Source: Rebecca billardiae RCC1528 (lineage: Eukaryota > Protista > Haptophyta). Taken from it: a stretch of 64,000 bases of DNA. Under the pieces are notes generated by a model that saw only the letters and a list, made by a program, of their open reading frames with translations, had not been told where the DNA came from and searched no databases. A program made the translations under genes and the position numbers. Below, piece by piece: positions 43,970-56,300 of this stretch (position 1 is its first letter; the number at the start of each line of letters is the position of its first letter). The stretch lies in NCBI GenBank assembly GCA_965240325.2, contig OZ251225.1, positions 3,410,001 through 3,474,000 of the forward strand, given 5' to 3'.

Positions 43970-44911
43970 TCACGGCAAGGTGTCGCGGCGCTCCGGCGAC
44001 AACATTGCAGGCGAAGCTTTGTCGCCGCCCTCAAACATGTTCATCGTCGCGCGCATCGAGTCGCTGATGCGTGGGCGGCGGCCAGATTGGGCCGTTGCGG
44101 CTCCCGGCACGGCCAACTGGTTGGTGCTGGTGCCCGTGGGCTGCGCCTCGAGTTTCTCTTTGGTCTCCTCGACTTGCTGTAGCAGCGTGCGCACCATGGC
44201 GAGCGAGCTGCTCTCGGGGGAACCCTCGGCGCTACCGCGTGCCACCAGCTCCTGCGCAGGGCGCCGGGGCGGGAAGAGGCGGATGATAGGGCGGATGGTG
44301 CCAGTGGGGGTGATTGGACAGCGCAGTTGCCTGGCAGCGGTGCGTTCTGAGCACGCAGTTGCAGGTGGCACCAGCGCAGGTAGGGCGCGCACCGACTCAA
44401 GGGAGGTCAATTGTAAGTGCTGCGCCTGCAGCCAGTCCAGTGTCTGCTCGTTTGGCTGAGATTGCTGCTTGCCCGTCCCGTCATTGATGTAGCGCAGCAT
44501 CAGCTCCAGCTTGGCAAGGCGCGTGCGGGTCTGCGCGCACGGGCCAGAGGAAAGGGTGGGGCACGCAGCACGGGCGTGACGCGAAACAACGCGGCGCCGT
44601 GCATAGGGCAGAGCGCAGGCACGTACCCCACGACGCGCGCCACCGGCTGCACCCGGGTCCGTGAGGGATGCATCGCGCATGAACTCTTCAGGCGACTTGA
44701 GGTCAGGCCGCATTGAGCCTCCGGCAAGCGACGACGGCAGCGACGGGCTCTCCAGCTTGGCAGCGCCCGCCCCGGCGGAAGGAGGGTCATCCGCTTCGGT
44801 GGCGAACGCACGCAGCTCGTCAATCGACCATGGTGACGCGAGTTTGCCATCCGGGCCCTCCACAGCTATGTCCACCGAGCTCGCTCTGGGCTTCGGGTTG
44901 GACTCCGCCAT
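43970..44911 (-). CDS. hypothetical protein; probable introns 44531-44626 and 44252-44392
   Basis: ORF from ATG 44911 with two GT-AG segments; short helical/coiled-coil C-terminus. Confidence 0.55.
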   Translation of the reverse strand: MAESNPKPRASSVDIAVEGPDGKLASPWSIDELRAFATEADDPPSAGAGAAKLESPSLPSSLAGGSMRPDLKSPEEFMRDASLTDPGAAGGARRGVRACALPYARRRVVSRHARAACPTLSSGPCAQTRTRLAKLELMLRYINDGTGKQQSQPNEQTLDWLQAQHLQLTSLESVRALPALVPPATACSERTAARQLRCPITPTGTIRPIIRLFPPRRPAQELVARGSAEGSPESSSLAMVRTLLQQVEETKEKLEAQPTGTSTNQLAVPGAATAQSGRRPRISDSMRATMNMFEGGDKASPAMLSPERRDTLP

Positions 44912-45036
44912 CGCGCAAGTTTCGGGCGGATCCTCACGCCGAGCGCTCTGGTGACGCTTCGGGCCGAGGCCCAGCGGAGCGCACCGGTGCCTCCGGCGAG
45001 GGCGCCCAACCGGACCCGTGCACGGCGGCGGTCGGG

Positions 45037-47589
45037 ATGGCGGCGGCCCGCGCCGAGGAGGTGAAGATCCTTCAGGAGAACTTCCGCTCGGTGGTGTCCG
45101 AGCTCGAGAAGAAGAACCAGGAGCTGAGCGCGGCGGCCAGCGAGAATGCACGCCTCAAGGAGCTCTCGAGCCAGCTGACGAAGAAGCTCGACACGCTGTC
45201 CAAGGCGAACAAGGCGGTGGAGAAGGAGGTGGCGCGCTTCCGAGAGGCGCAGGACCGGCGCGAGGAAGCGGCCGTGCAGACCGGCCCCGACGCGCAGCTC
45301 GCGGAGGCGCGCCAAGAGGCGGCGGCCGCCGAGCAGCGCCTCGCCGAGGAGCGCGCCGAGGCCGCCGCCGCGATGAGCAAGGCCAAGGCGTCGTTCGACT
45401 CGGAGCGCACGCAGCTGGTCACCGAGCTGGAGGCGGCGCGCGCGCGGACGGAGGCGGTGCAGCGCGAGCTCGAGGACGCGGCGGCGCTGCGCGCGTCGCT
45501 CTCGACCGCGAAGGACACGGAGGCCCGCGCCGCCGACGAGGCGCGCGCCGAGCTCGAGGCGAGCGCGGCCGCGCTGCGCGCCGAGCTCGCCGCGCGCGCT
45601 GAGGAGCTCGTGCGCGTGCGCGCCGAGAAGGAGGAGCGCGACGAGCAGGCGTCGCGCTCGCTCACGGCGCACCGCAAGGCGATGAAGGAGGTGCGCGCCG
45701 AGTCCGACGAGCTGCGCAAGGCCCTCCACGAGTCCCGCGTCGAGTGCCGCGCGCGCGCAGACGCAATCTCTGCGCTCGAGGAGGAGGCGGCGGTGAAGGA
45801 TGAGAACTGCACCTCGCTCTCAGAGGACCTCGCGGCGATGCTGGCGCGCGCGGAGGAGGCGCAGGCGCAGCTCGAGGCGATGCAGGAGCAGCTCGAGGCG
45901 CGCACGCTCCAGCGCGACTCGCTCCTCGAGGAGATCCGCTCGCGTGATGGTGCGCGCGCCACCCCTCCGGCGCGCGCGCCAGGAACGCGCGCGCGCTCAG
46001 GCCAGCGTGCCCCACGCTCGGAACAGCCGCGCGCGCGCGCGCGCGCTCACGCGCGACGCCCTCCGTGCGCGCGCGCGTGGCCCCGTCTCCCGCCGCCCGT
46101 GCCCCGCAGCGTCCGCCGCGGCGGCCCTAGACATGGCTGGCGCCCCCGCTGGCGAGGAGGCGGGCGTGGACGTGCTGCGCGCTCGGCTCAAGCACGTCGA
46201 GGCCGCTCTGGCCGCGCGCTCCGCTGAGCTCGAGGCTGAGCGCGCCAAGCTGCGCGCGACGGAGGCCAGGCTTGCGGACGCGCGCGCGGAGTTCGAGCTG
46301 CACGGCGCCTCGATCGCCGCGCTGCAGGAGGCGTTCCGCGAGATGCAGCTCCAAGGCTTGCGTGCGCCCGCCGCGGCTGAGGGTGGTGCCGGCGCGGGCT
46401 CATTCGGCGCGGCCGGCACTTCGGGAAGCGGCGGCGGTGGGGGCGCGCTGCCACAGCTGGGCGAGAGGCTGGCTGGGCTGCAGCAGTCAGTCCACGCGCT
46501 TCGCAGCGGCGACGGCCACGGTGGCGGCTCACAGCCCGCCGTGCTGCGGGTGCGTGTGCGCGGCCGCACGCGCATGCCGACTCCGCTGCGCCGTGGCTCA
46601 GCGCCCCCCTCAGCGGCCCCCTCACCCGCGCGCGGCGCTGCCCGCGGCACACCGCGGCACAGGACATCGGCCGGCTGGGTACGGCCTCCAAAGGCGTGGC
46701 CGTCAACATGGGCCAGAACTTGCTGTCCGTTGGCAAGTCTGTGCGCGACAAGGGGCTCAAGGGCACAGGCGGCGAGCTGCTGCAGCGCTTCAAGCCGGGC
46801 GCACACGCGGCCGCGCAGCCCGCGGCGCAGCCGGGGGCGCAGCCCGCGGCGCAGCCCGCGGCGCAGCCCGCGGCGCAGCCCGTGGCGCAGGATGTGCCGG
46901 CGCCGCCGCCCGTGGCGCAGGCCCAGTGCAAGGCCAAGGCGGCGGCCTCGCAGCCTGTGCCGCCGCCCGCAGCTCCAGCCGCGCCCGCAGAGCCGGCACC
47001 GGGCTGCGGCGCCAGGCCCGCATCGGCGGCATCTGAGCCACCACCCTCCGCAGCACGCTCCGAGCACCCAGCGGCTGAGGCTGCCGACGCCGCTGCCACC
47101 TGCCTCAGTGGGCCGCCTGCCGACGCTCCGCGCGCGCGGCCCTCGTCCGAGCGTAACCCGACAGACAGCATGCGCGACGCGCAGGCTGCCGCGCCGATCC
47201 TGCCTCTCGCGAGCGACGAGCCTCAGCCGGAGCCCGGTGCAGAGAGCCGCACGCGCACTGCAGAGGCGCCGGCGGCACTCCCTCCAAGTGAGGCGGTTGG
47301 GCCGTCAGCGGCGATGGCCCGCGCTCCTGCGGGCGGTGCTGGCCTCGCGGCGGCCCCTGCAGCGCAGGCACAGGCGGCCAAGGTGGCAGTCGCAGAGCCT
47401 GCGTCTGCCTCGCCTGCGCCGCCCCTCGCAGCGTTGAGCACACCGCCTTCGCTCGCCCCTGGCTCGCAGGCGGCAGCCGAACCGAGCGCTGGCGGGAGCG
47501 GAAATGGCGCTCCGGGTGTGCCGCCACCGCAGGCTGCCAAGATATCCTCTGCCGCGTCGTGGGACGAATTGCTTGAGAACGCGCCGTGA
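45037..47589 (+). CDS. long coiled-coil protein with Ala/Pro-rich tail; introns 45950-46109 and 46550-46662
   Basis: Heptad-rich E/A/R/K sequence; the introns join ORFs 44713, 45800 and 46696 in frame; QPAA repeats at ~46815-46890. Confidence 0.75.
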
Positions 47590-48117
47590 GCCGCCATTCA
47601 GTTGCCTGCGACTGCGTAGTCGAGCCTGCGAGCTCGGTCCAGGCCGGCCGTGTGCAGCATACAATATACTAGCTAGGCAATGAACGATGTAGCCACCGCG
47701 GTTATTATTTAATTATTATTATTATTAATAATACATATATATATAGTCATATTATTATTATTGTTATGATGATGATGATGATGATGATGTCATCAGTAAT
47801 TCATATTATAATAATAAGCATCATATTGTTCATTAGATTTTTTTATTACTAGACTCTACGACTCGACGCCTACGAACGAAGTACGATCGGACGACATCAT
47901 GGGTCGGACTTATTGATAACGTCGTCAGCACTCACTCTGTGTGCTGATGTGACGATATGAGTATGACGACTACACTCCGCCGCACTCGGACGTGTTTGTC
48001 GTCTGACGAGTGACGACTGCTGACGTTGCAGTTGCACTCCAATGCCGCTGATGTCGTCTCATGTCTCCGGCCACTCGTCGACGATCTTTGATCTGTGCTG
48101 ATGATTATTCATCCTCG

Positions 48118-49662
48118 TCAGACGAGCGGCATCTTCGGCTCGACTCCGCCAATTGGAACGTCGCTGCCCTCTGGCCTCTGCGTGCCGGGCAGTGGCCTCA
48201 ACGCCGTAGGCATTGCTGCCTGCTTCGACGTTGGATTGTCGTTAGGGTTGTCTCCTCCCATCACGACAGAAACGCCTGCTCGACCCTGAACCTGAGCCAC
48301 GTCCCTGCTGCCATCGGTGTGGGAGGCCGTCAGAGGCCTGTCGATGACGCGGTACAGGGCCCGCCGCGCGGGCTCTTCCACCCAGCGGTGAGTCGCCGCA
48401 CTCACCACCGCCACGAGAGCCATGGCTGGCGCAATGTCCCACCCGCGAAGCAGCGGAGGGCCCGACCAGCCGGCCTCGTAGCGCTGCACGATCCCATCGT
48501 CCGGCGCGCGCGCAAGGCCCCTGAGCCACGCGTAGATGTAGAGAAGAGGCCAGTGCATGCAGTACAAAGAATAGGAGATCTTGCCGACCCACAGGAGGGG
48601 CGCGCACGTGAGGAGACGCTCGGCCGCGCAGCCCGGCGCCCGCGTCAGCGCGTAGAGCCACAGCGCAAACGCAGGCGCGAGCAGCAGGTCAGACGAGTAC
48701 TGGAGGGAGTCTGACGCGCCCTTCGAGGTGGCGTGCCCACTGGTGCGGGCGAGGAGCAGCGGCACGCCGAGATGGACGAGCATCAAGAGCGCGTACCCCA
48801 GCGCGCAGCCGTTGGCGACATCCGCCCAGCGCGAGGAGGGCATGGCGCGCGTCGCCAACAAGGAGCTGTCGCCGGTGCCGACCGCTGTCTTGGCTGCACG
48901 CGCCCCGAGCAGCGCGTGGCTGCCCACCACTGCCCCCATCACGCACACCGGGAGCTTGTTTAACGGATGCAAGCGTGCAACATGGCGTGCGTTGTGCAAG
49001 AGCCAAGCCGTGGTCGTGAGGGAGGGTGACTTTGGGTGCACAGGCGACACCGTGCACATGAGAACCACCGCGGTCAGCAGCCAGAGCAGCACGTACACGA
49101 GCCACAGCCGGATGCACAGATCGACGACACGCGGCGCCGCGCGTGCCTTTTGCACGTGGCGCTGGAGCGCGGGGAACGCCGCGTAGAACACCGCGAGCCC
49201 ATTGACAAAGTAGAGCGGGACGTTGATGAAGGAAAAGCCAGGCACCCACGCTTGCACACAGAGCGCGTTAAGCACAACTTCGACCGGCATGTACCACCAC
49301 ACGGCGGCCAGCGCTTCGTGCCCACCCTTCAGGAGGGCGGCGACCGGCGTGCCAACCACGATCGACAGCCAGTAGACGGGGCCCAGTCGCGCGAGCCGCC
49401 GCGCCCAAAATCGGCGCGCGAAAGGACCCCATGCGCTGCACTCTGACGTGGGAGCGTCGTTGTTGGCGATGCACGTCACGAATCCAGCCAGCATGTAGAA
49501 GAGCTGCACGGCCGCCACACCGTTGAAATCCACGAGTGGCTGGTAGAGCATCATGGTGTAGAAGTGGCCTAGGGTCACCTGGATCGCTGCGATGCCGCGC
49601 AGACCCTCGAATGCGGCGGTATGCACGCGCGGAGGATGTGGGGTGACATCGACGCTCGACAT
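48118..49662 (-). CDS. acyltransferase family 3 (OafA/YrhL-like membrane O-acyltransferase)
   Basis: FEGLRGIAAIQVTLGHF, GVAAVQLFYMLAGFV, RRLARLGP, GKISYSLYCMHWP, HRWVEEP; multiple TM helices. Confidence 0.88.
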   Translation of the reverse strand: MSSVDVTPHPPRVHTAAFEGLRGIAAIQVTLGHFYTMMLYQPLVDFNGVAAVQLFYMLAGFVTCIANNDAPTSECSAWGPFARRFWARRLARLGPVYWLSIVVGTPVAALLKGGHEALAAVWWYMPVEVVLNALCVQAWVPGFSFINVPLYFVNGLAVFYAAFPALQRHVQKARAAPRVVDLCIRLWLVYVLLWLLTAVVLMCTVSPVHPKSPSLTTTAWLLHNARHVARLHPLNKLPVCVMGAVVGSHALLGARAAKTAVGTGDSSLLATRAMPSSRWADVANGCALGYALLMLVHLGVPLLLARTSGHATSKGASDSLQYSSDLLLAPAFALWLYALTRAPGCAAERLLTCAPLLWVGKISYSLYCMHWPLLYIYAWLRGLARAPDDGIVQRYEAGWSGPPLLRGWDIAPAMALVAVVSAATHRWVEEPARRALYRVIDRPLTASHTDGSRDVAQVQGRAGVSVVMGGDNPNDNPTSKQAAMPTALRPLPGTQRPEGSDVPIGGVEPKMPLV

Positions 49663-49759
49663 CGGTGCAGTGGCCACCGGCAGACCGGCTGGCCGTGCCG
49701 GGTGTGTACTGAGAGGCCGTCAACCGGCCGCCACACAGGGCCGATTGAAAGCGAAAGCC

Positions 49760-51088
49760 ATGGCTGCCGCTGCACACTCGCGGCGATGTCGGCAACTGCT
49801 CGCCGTCATGTTCATCACGGGTGCCATACTGATGATGGTCACGATGAGCGCCTCGTGGCTCGCCAGAACAAGCAAGGTACGTCGGCTGGCCACGCCGCGC
49901 CGGCAGGGCCTCGCTCCGGCTGCGGTAGCGCAAGCACCGCGGGCAATGGTTGGTGACGGCGCGGACGTTGCGGCCGCGGAGCGCGAATGGGACGCGGATG
50001 CTGGTGAGTCGGACGTCTCCATCCGGCAGCTGGCCGTGCGCCGCTTTGTGACGACCGCAGGCGATAGTCGCAGCGCTTCCAACAGCACGGGCGCCGTGGT
50101 CGTGATGTGCACAAACACCAGCCGTGATGTGAGTGACCTGGCGTCTGCGCTCACAGCGCTCGGCAACGCCATGCGCGACCGCATGGCGGGCGTGCCGGTG
50201 CTCGTGATCCACGAGGACATGAGCGAGGAGCAGGTGTCGCTGCTGCGGCGCGCTGCGGGTGGCCGCATCGCGGACCTGCGCTTCGTGCGCATTGCGTTTG
50301 CACTGCCGCGGTCAGCTGTGCGGCTCCGCTCCAAGGGTGTGCGCTGGGTGCGCCACTGGACAGGCAACATGCGCGCGTCACTTCCCGGCTGGCGCACGCA
50401 TCGACACGGGCTCCGCGCGTACGCCAAGCGGAAGGAGTCGCACCCTTTCGGCTACTACCACATGTGCCGCTTCTGGAGCGGTGCCGGATACGAGCTGCCT
50501 GCGCTCGAGCCGTTCCGCTTTGTGATGCGCATCGACGCCGACTCGCGTTGCAGCCAGTCGCTGCCAGATGTCTTCGGCGAGATGCAGCGACGGGGCGCGG
50601 TGTATGCGTACGCACGCGAGGCTTCCGACGCGGGGGACTTTGTCGAGGGCCTCTACCTCGCTGCGCGCGCCTACGCCGAGCGCGCTGGCACCGCCGTGCT
50701 CGAGGCGCTGATGCGAGGCCTCGAAGGGCACCGCAAGTTCAGCCCCATGCCCAACTGCTCGGCTGCACCCCCCGCTGCGCTCGCACCGGCGCTAGCCTTT
50801 GGTGACCAGACGCCGCTCGCGGAGGACGGCGAGCCGATCGACGTGCGCCCGTGCGAGCACGAGCTCTTCACCGGCCTGCCGACCTACTACACCAACTTCG
50901 AGGTTGTGGATACTAGCTTCATCAAGCGGCGAGGCGCGTACCGCGCGTGGTTCGAGCACCTGGATGCGGACGGTGGCATCTTTGCGCACCGCTGGGGAGA
51001 CGCGCCGATCCGCTGGCTCGGCGTGCAGATGTATGCGCCGCCAGAGGCAGTGTGGCAGCTGCCCAAGCCATACTGCAGGCACCCATGA
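49760..51088 (+). CDS. GT15 (Kre2/Mnt1-like) alpha-1,2-mannosyltransferase
   Basis: Type II TM anchor; YYHMCRFWSG, MRIDADS, YYTNFEV, GGIFAHRWGDAPIR. Confidence 0.9.
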   Translation: MAAAAHSRRCRQLLAVMFITGAILMMVTMSASWLARTSKVRRLATPRRQGLAPAAVAQAPRAMVGDGADVAAAEREWDADAGESDVSIRQLAVRRFVTTAGDSRSASNSTGAVVVMCTNTSRDVSDLASALTALGNAMRDRMAGVPVLVIHEDMSEEQVSLLRRAAGGRIADLRFVRIAFALPRSAVRLRSKGVRWVRHWTGNMRASLPGWRTHRHGLRAYAKRKESHPFGYYHMCRFWSGAGYELPALEPFRFVMRIDADSRCSQSLPDVFGEMQRRGAVYAYAREASDAGDFVEGLYLAARAYAERAGTAVLEALMRGLEGHRKFSPMPNCSAAPPAALAPALAFGDQTPLAEDGEPIDVRPCEHELFTGLPTYYTNFEVVDTSFIKRRGAYRAWFEHLDADGGIFAHRWGDAPIRWLGVQMYAPPEAVWQLPKPYCRHP

Positions 51089-51377
51089 GTCCTCTGACGA
51101 TCCGGTCACTTGACTCAGCAGGCCCTTAATAATATTGCGCTAGTTCTGCCACCGCGTCCGAGCACTGCTCATGCTGGTGCCAGCGCGACTACGGCTTTTT
51201 ACGACTGGAGACTTGCGCATCATATTGTCACTAGCTGCTAGCTGCTGCTACTGGCAATAGCGACTGCGGACTGGATTCTGGAAGTTTGGATACGTCGACC
51301 GAAGACGTCCGAAGTCATCACGTGACGCGTCCCGATGGCGTGCTGACAGTGTACATAGCCGTTGTCATCATCAAGAT

Positions 51378-53100
51378 TCAAGAGCGCCAAAACTTGAGCA
51401 TCTTGTCCTTACCACCCGAAGCGACCCGCTGGCCGTCGGGCGACCAGTCGACTGCGAACACCTCGTCAGCGTGGCCGGGCAGGTCGAACTTGAGCTTGCG
51501 CGTGCGCACCTCCCAGACCTTCATCGTCGAGTCGCGCGAGCCTGAGACGACCAGCCGCGAGTCTCCGGACCAGCCCACCTGGTACACTGGGCCGACGTGG
51601 CCGCGCAGCGCGCAGATGAACTTGCCGTCCGCGCCTTGCCACAGCCGCACCGAGCCATCGAAGGAGGCGCTCGCGAGCAGCCTGCCATCCGGGGAGAAGC
51701 TGATCGCGTTCACCGGCCGCTGGTGGCCCTGCAGCCGGCACACCGGCTTCTTGGTGCTGGCCGGCCGCCACAGGTACACGGTGAAGTCGTCCGAGCCGGA
51801 GGCGAGCAGCTCCCCGTCCGCGCCCTTGAGCTCGTCGTACTTGGCACGCGCCACCGCGGTGCGCGCCGCAAGGGTCGCTTCGCTCGGCATCTCTATGCCA
51901 GCGTCTGCCTTGCCACCGCCACGCCGCTTGCCATTCGGTGCGGGGGCGCTGTCGCCGTCCGTGGCGGCGGTGGCCTCCGCGGCCGGCTCGGCCGCAGCCG
52001 GAGCGGCCAACACTGCCCCTGCGGCGGCGGCAGCGCCGTCCCCTGCGCCCGCGTCTGGCCCCTGCGCGCTCTCGTCCGCGCCACGGTGGTTGAAGGTGCC
52101 CGTGCGCAGCGCGTGGTCCGTGCTGAGCGCGAGGCAGTTGACCCAGTGGCCATGGCCCTCGAGCGTGCGCGCCAGGATGCCGCTGCTCGCCACCCACACC
52201 TTGACGGTGCGGTCCTGCGAGCCTGCGGGGGACACGGCGCGGGTTGGGTGCGTGTCACTCGGCGCAGCCAGCGTGCCAGCCGCGCAACGCCGGGCCTGGG
52301 CCCGCGCAGAGGGCCCGCGCGGCGCGGCGCGGAACGGCGCGCGCAGTCGCGTGAACAGCACCTGAGTAGATGAGCCCCTCGCCGCCCCACTTGACGCACG
52401 TGACGGAGGCGGTGTGGCCCGAGAGCTGGTGCACGCACCGGCCGGTGCGCCAGTTCCACAGCTTGATCAGGAAGTCCTTCGACGCGGAGGCCAGCATGTC
52501 GCACCGCGGGTTGGCGTGCATCGGCTCCCATGCCACCGCCGTCACCCACTTGCGGTGGCCCGCGAGCCCGCCACCCGCCGCGCGGCCGCGCACGGCATCC
52601 CACACGAAGAGCGTGCCGTCCTTGCCGCCGGTGGCGAGCATGCGGCCGTCGGGTGACCAGCCCGTGCACAGCACCCAGTCGCGGTGCCCTCGCAGCGTGA
52701 AGCGCGGCGTCTCTGTGTGGATGTCCCACAGCCGCACAGTCGAGTCGCCTGAGCCGGTCGCGAGGTGGCGGCCGTCCGGCGAGAAGCACACGTGTAAGAT
52801 GGCGTCGGCGTGCCCGGCCAGGGTGCTCGTACACCTGGTGACTGATTTGACGCGGAAGACCGCCTGAGGCACGTACGTGATCGACACGACCTGCTCGGCA
52901 GACGCGCTACCCAGCGCATCGCCCACGCTGGTCACCACCTCCTCGTCGCCGACGTAGAATGAGTAGGGCAGCACCTCGTCGCTCTCGAGGAGGCGGTTGA
53001 CGATGAGCGTGAGCTCCTTCGCCGTCGTGCTGACCGGCATATCCAGCTGGGGCCCCATCGCCTCGCCCTCCGCCGAGCGGAACTTGCATATGAGGCTCAT
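51378..53100 (-). CDS. NLE1: Notchless/Rsa4 WD40 ribosome assembly factor; intron 52223-52361
   Basis: NLE domain (LPYSFYV...YVPQAVFRV), WD40 repeats GHADAIL, WEPMH, GHGHWVNCLALSTD, DLPGHADEVFAVDWSPDG. Confidence 0.95.
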
Positions 53101-53391
53101 GGCGAGACGGGCACGCGTCCACGCCCGGCCCTGGGCTCTCACCGCGTCGCCGCTTCGATTTCAGATTCCGCGCTGCCGGCCAAATCTCGGACGAACAGCA
53201 TGGCGGACCGACTACTGGTACCGAGGCGGACGCCAAGGCAGAAGGCTGGAGGTATCCGATGGGGGGGTTCTTGCTGACCAGGGCAGGTCAGCAAGCCCAC
53301 CTGGTGCCTCCCTGCTGCGTACGCAAGTGTGACCACATGAGCCTTCTCCGGCGAGCTAGCGTGCGACGTCCGTGGGCTGGCGTGCGCACGC

Positions 53392-56300
53392 TCAAAGGAT
53401 CGCGCATCGCTCGTGCTGGTACACGTACGCGAGCTCGCCCTCTTCAAACTGCTGCCCGTTGAGCGAGAGCTGCACGACGGCCGTGCCCGCGTCTGCGAAG
53501 CGCGGCGTGAGGAAGCGCACCTCCGACTCCGAGATGCGCGCGCCGGGCACGCACATCTGCACGCCGTGCAGCACGACGCGCACGGTGATCTCGGACGTGT
53601 CGGCAAAGCGCGCGCCGAGCAGGCGCACGGGCGTGCCGCCGCCGCTGCCGCCCTTGGCCGGCCGCAGGCGCTGCAGCAGCGGAGGCGCGTAGTAGCGGAT
53701 GCCGATGCTGAGCCGAGACTCCCCAGCCGCGTCCGCACCGCCAGCCACGCCGCACGAGCCGCAGAGCGCGGCCTCGGCCGCGCCGTGCGGGAGCGCGCCC
53801 GCGACGTCGTGCGCGCCCGCGTGCGCGCCGCGCCCGCCGCCGCCGCCGCCGCCCACGTTGCCGCCGCTGTGGCTTGCGGGCACGCCCGGCACGCACGGCG
53901 TGCGAGGCTCGGTCGCCGACGCGCCGCCGCCCGCGCCGCCCGCGCACGGCGTGCCGACCGGGGCCGGCGGCGGCTCAGAGCGCAGCGCAATCGTGAGCGT
54001 CGCCATGCCCGCGCCATGCGGCGCGGGCGGCAGCGCGCACCGCAGCTTGAAGTCGGACACGAACTCGGCGGGCACTGGCACGGCGGCGAGCGAGCCCGGC
54101 GCGATGGGCGTGCCGATGGCGTGCGGCGGGAGCGCCGCGGCGCTCGGCGGGCGCTCGCCGCGCGAGAGCCAAAGCGTCACCTGCCCGCGCCAGACCGCGC
54201 GGCCAAAGCCCTCGCCCGCGAGCGTGACGACGGTGCCACCGCGCACGGGCGCGCTCGCCGGCGAGACGCCGTGGATGGCCGTTGGGCGCGCGCCGAGCGC
54301 GCCCGCGTGGCCGAGGCCGCCGCCGCCGCCGCCCACGCTCGCCAGCTGCGGGAGGAGCCGCGCGACCGCGCGGTCCGTCGGCGAGAGCCCGCCCGCGCGC
54401 GTCGCGCCGCCGTACTTCCGCTCGAACTCGGCGTGCACCTTGCGCGCGTCGTCGAGCAGCAGCTCGGGCGTGTCGGGCGCGGCCGCCTGAACGCCCCACT
54501 TGAGCACGAGGAGGGCGTGCTCGGCGGTCACGGCGACGAGGAGGCGCTCGAAGCGGTCGTCGCGCGGGGCGGCGCCGGGCGGCCGCGCTGGGAGGAACGC
54601 GTCGAGCTGCGCGGTCGCCAGCGCGAGCATCGCGCAGTTCACCAGGCAGGAGGCCCACGCGACGAAGTCGAGGACGAGCGCCCACGAGTCGCCCGCGCCC
54701 AGGCCGCCCACGCGCACAGGGATCGGCCGCTGCGAGAGGGTCGAGAGCCGCACGGCGGCGCAGCGGATCTCGGCGGCGGCGCACAGCATGCACAGCAGTG
54801 GCGCGAGCGGCCAGACCACCGTGAACACGGTCGCATACCCGAACTGCAGCACGAGGCGCGCCGTGTCGAGGAACGGGTCGTACGGCGGCCGCGCCGCCTC
54901 GTCCAGCGCCGAGCCGTGCCACGCGAGGCCGACCACCGCGCGCGCGAGCCGCTGCAGGGTGGAGCGGCGCGGGCGCGCGCGGCGCGCGGGCGGCGCGCGC
55001 GGCGGCGGGAGCGGCGCGGGCGGCGTGCCGTCCTGCGCGCCGCGCGCGCGCGCGGGCGACTCGGCGGCTCGCCACCGCGGGCCGCGCTGCTGCAGGCCGG
55101 ACGGCGTCCCGTGCGCCGCGCCGCGCGAGGCGGCCGCGCGCGGGGGCGTGCGATCGGCGGGCGACTCGGGCGGACTCGCGCGCCCGCCGCTCGGGACGGA
55201 GACGTCGTCGGCTGAGGCGCTCGCGCGCACGCCGCCCGCGCGAGGCAGCGGCTGGTACGTGCCGCCACCCGTGCTCAGCCGGCTGAGCAGCGAGAGCGAG
55301 ATGCTCGAGAGCTCGCTGCCCACCGCGCCGCACGCGCCGCCGCGCGCCGCGCCTCCGCCTCCGGCCGCGCACGCGCCGCGCACGCCCCGAGGGAACCACC
55401 CGCTGCTGAGCGGCGGGGCGCGGCCCGCGCGCGCCGATGCGCGCCCCCGCGCGGCAGCTTTCTCCAAGTCGCGCACGCCGCCTGCGGGCATCCCGACCAC
55501 CTCGTCGTCCTCCTCGTCGTCTTCCTCGTCCTCGTCGTCGTCATCCTCGCCGCAGCTCGAGTCGGAGCAGGCGGCGGCGCGCGAGCGCGTGCGCACGGGC
55601 GGCGGGCGCGCTGGCTCGGCATCGAGCGGCTCAGCCGCCGTGGCGCACATCGAGGTAGCGCGGCAGCGGCGGCGGAGCGGGAGTTGGCTGACGAGCGCGC
55701 GCTCCTCGTCCTCGCCGCCCGCCAGCTGCGGCGTGCGCGGCGCGTGCTGCACGCCGGGCTCCGGCCCGGCGGCGCCCACCGAGGCCAAGTCGCCCCTCGA
55801 CGGCGCGCGATCGAACGGCGGCGGCGCCTCTGCGCGCGCACCCGGGGCCGACGGCTGCAGCAGCGCAGACGGCTGCTCGGCCAGGAAGGGCGGCGCGGCG
55901 CGCTGGAGCGCGCCGCCCGCGGCCGCGCCGTACGCCGCCGCGTGCGCCGCGGCGAAGACGGAGAGCGGCGCCGAGTTCGAGCGCAGCACCGGCGGCGACG
56001 GCGCGCTCGCCGGCACCGCGGCCGCGTCGGCCGCGACGGCGACCGGCCGCGGCCGCGGCGGCGTGGGGAACGCGCAGCGGCACGGGGAGAGCGAGCGCGG
56101 CTCGGACGCGGCGTCCGCGTCGTCGGAGGCGGAGGCGGCGTCGGCGCAGGTGGGCGCGGTGGGCGCGACGACCGCCGGCGCCGCGGTGAGCTGCGCGACG
56201 CGCATCGCCCAGCTCGCGAAGCGCCGCCAGCCCGAGCGCAGCGCGCGCGCGTCGGCGAGCTGCGCGCTCGGCGGCAGCAGCGCCGGCAGCACCACGGCGA

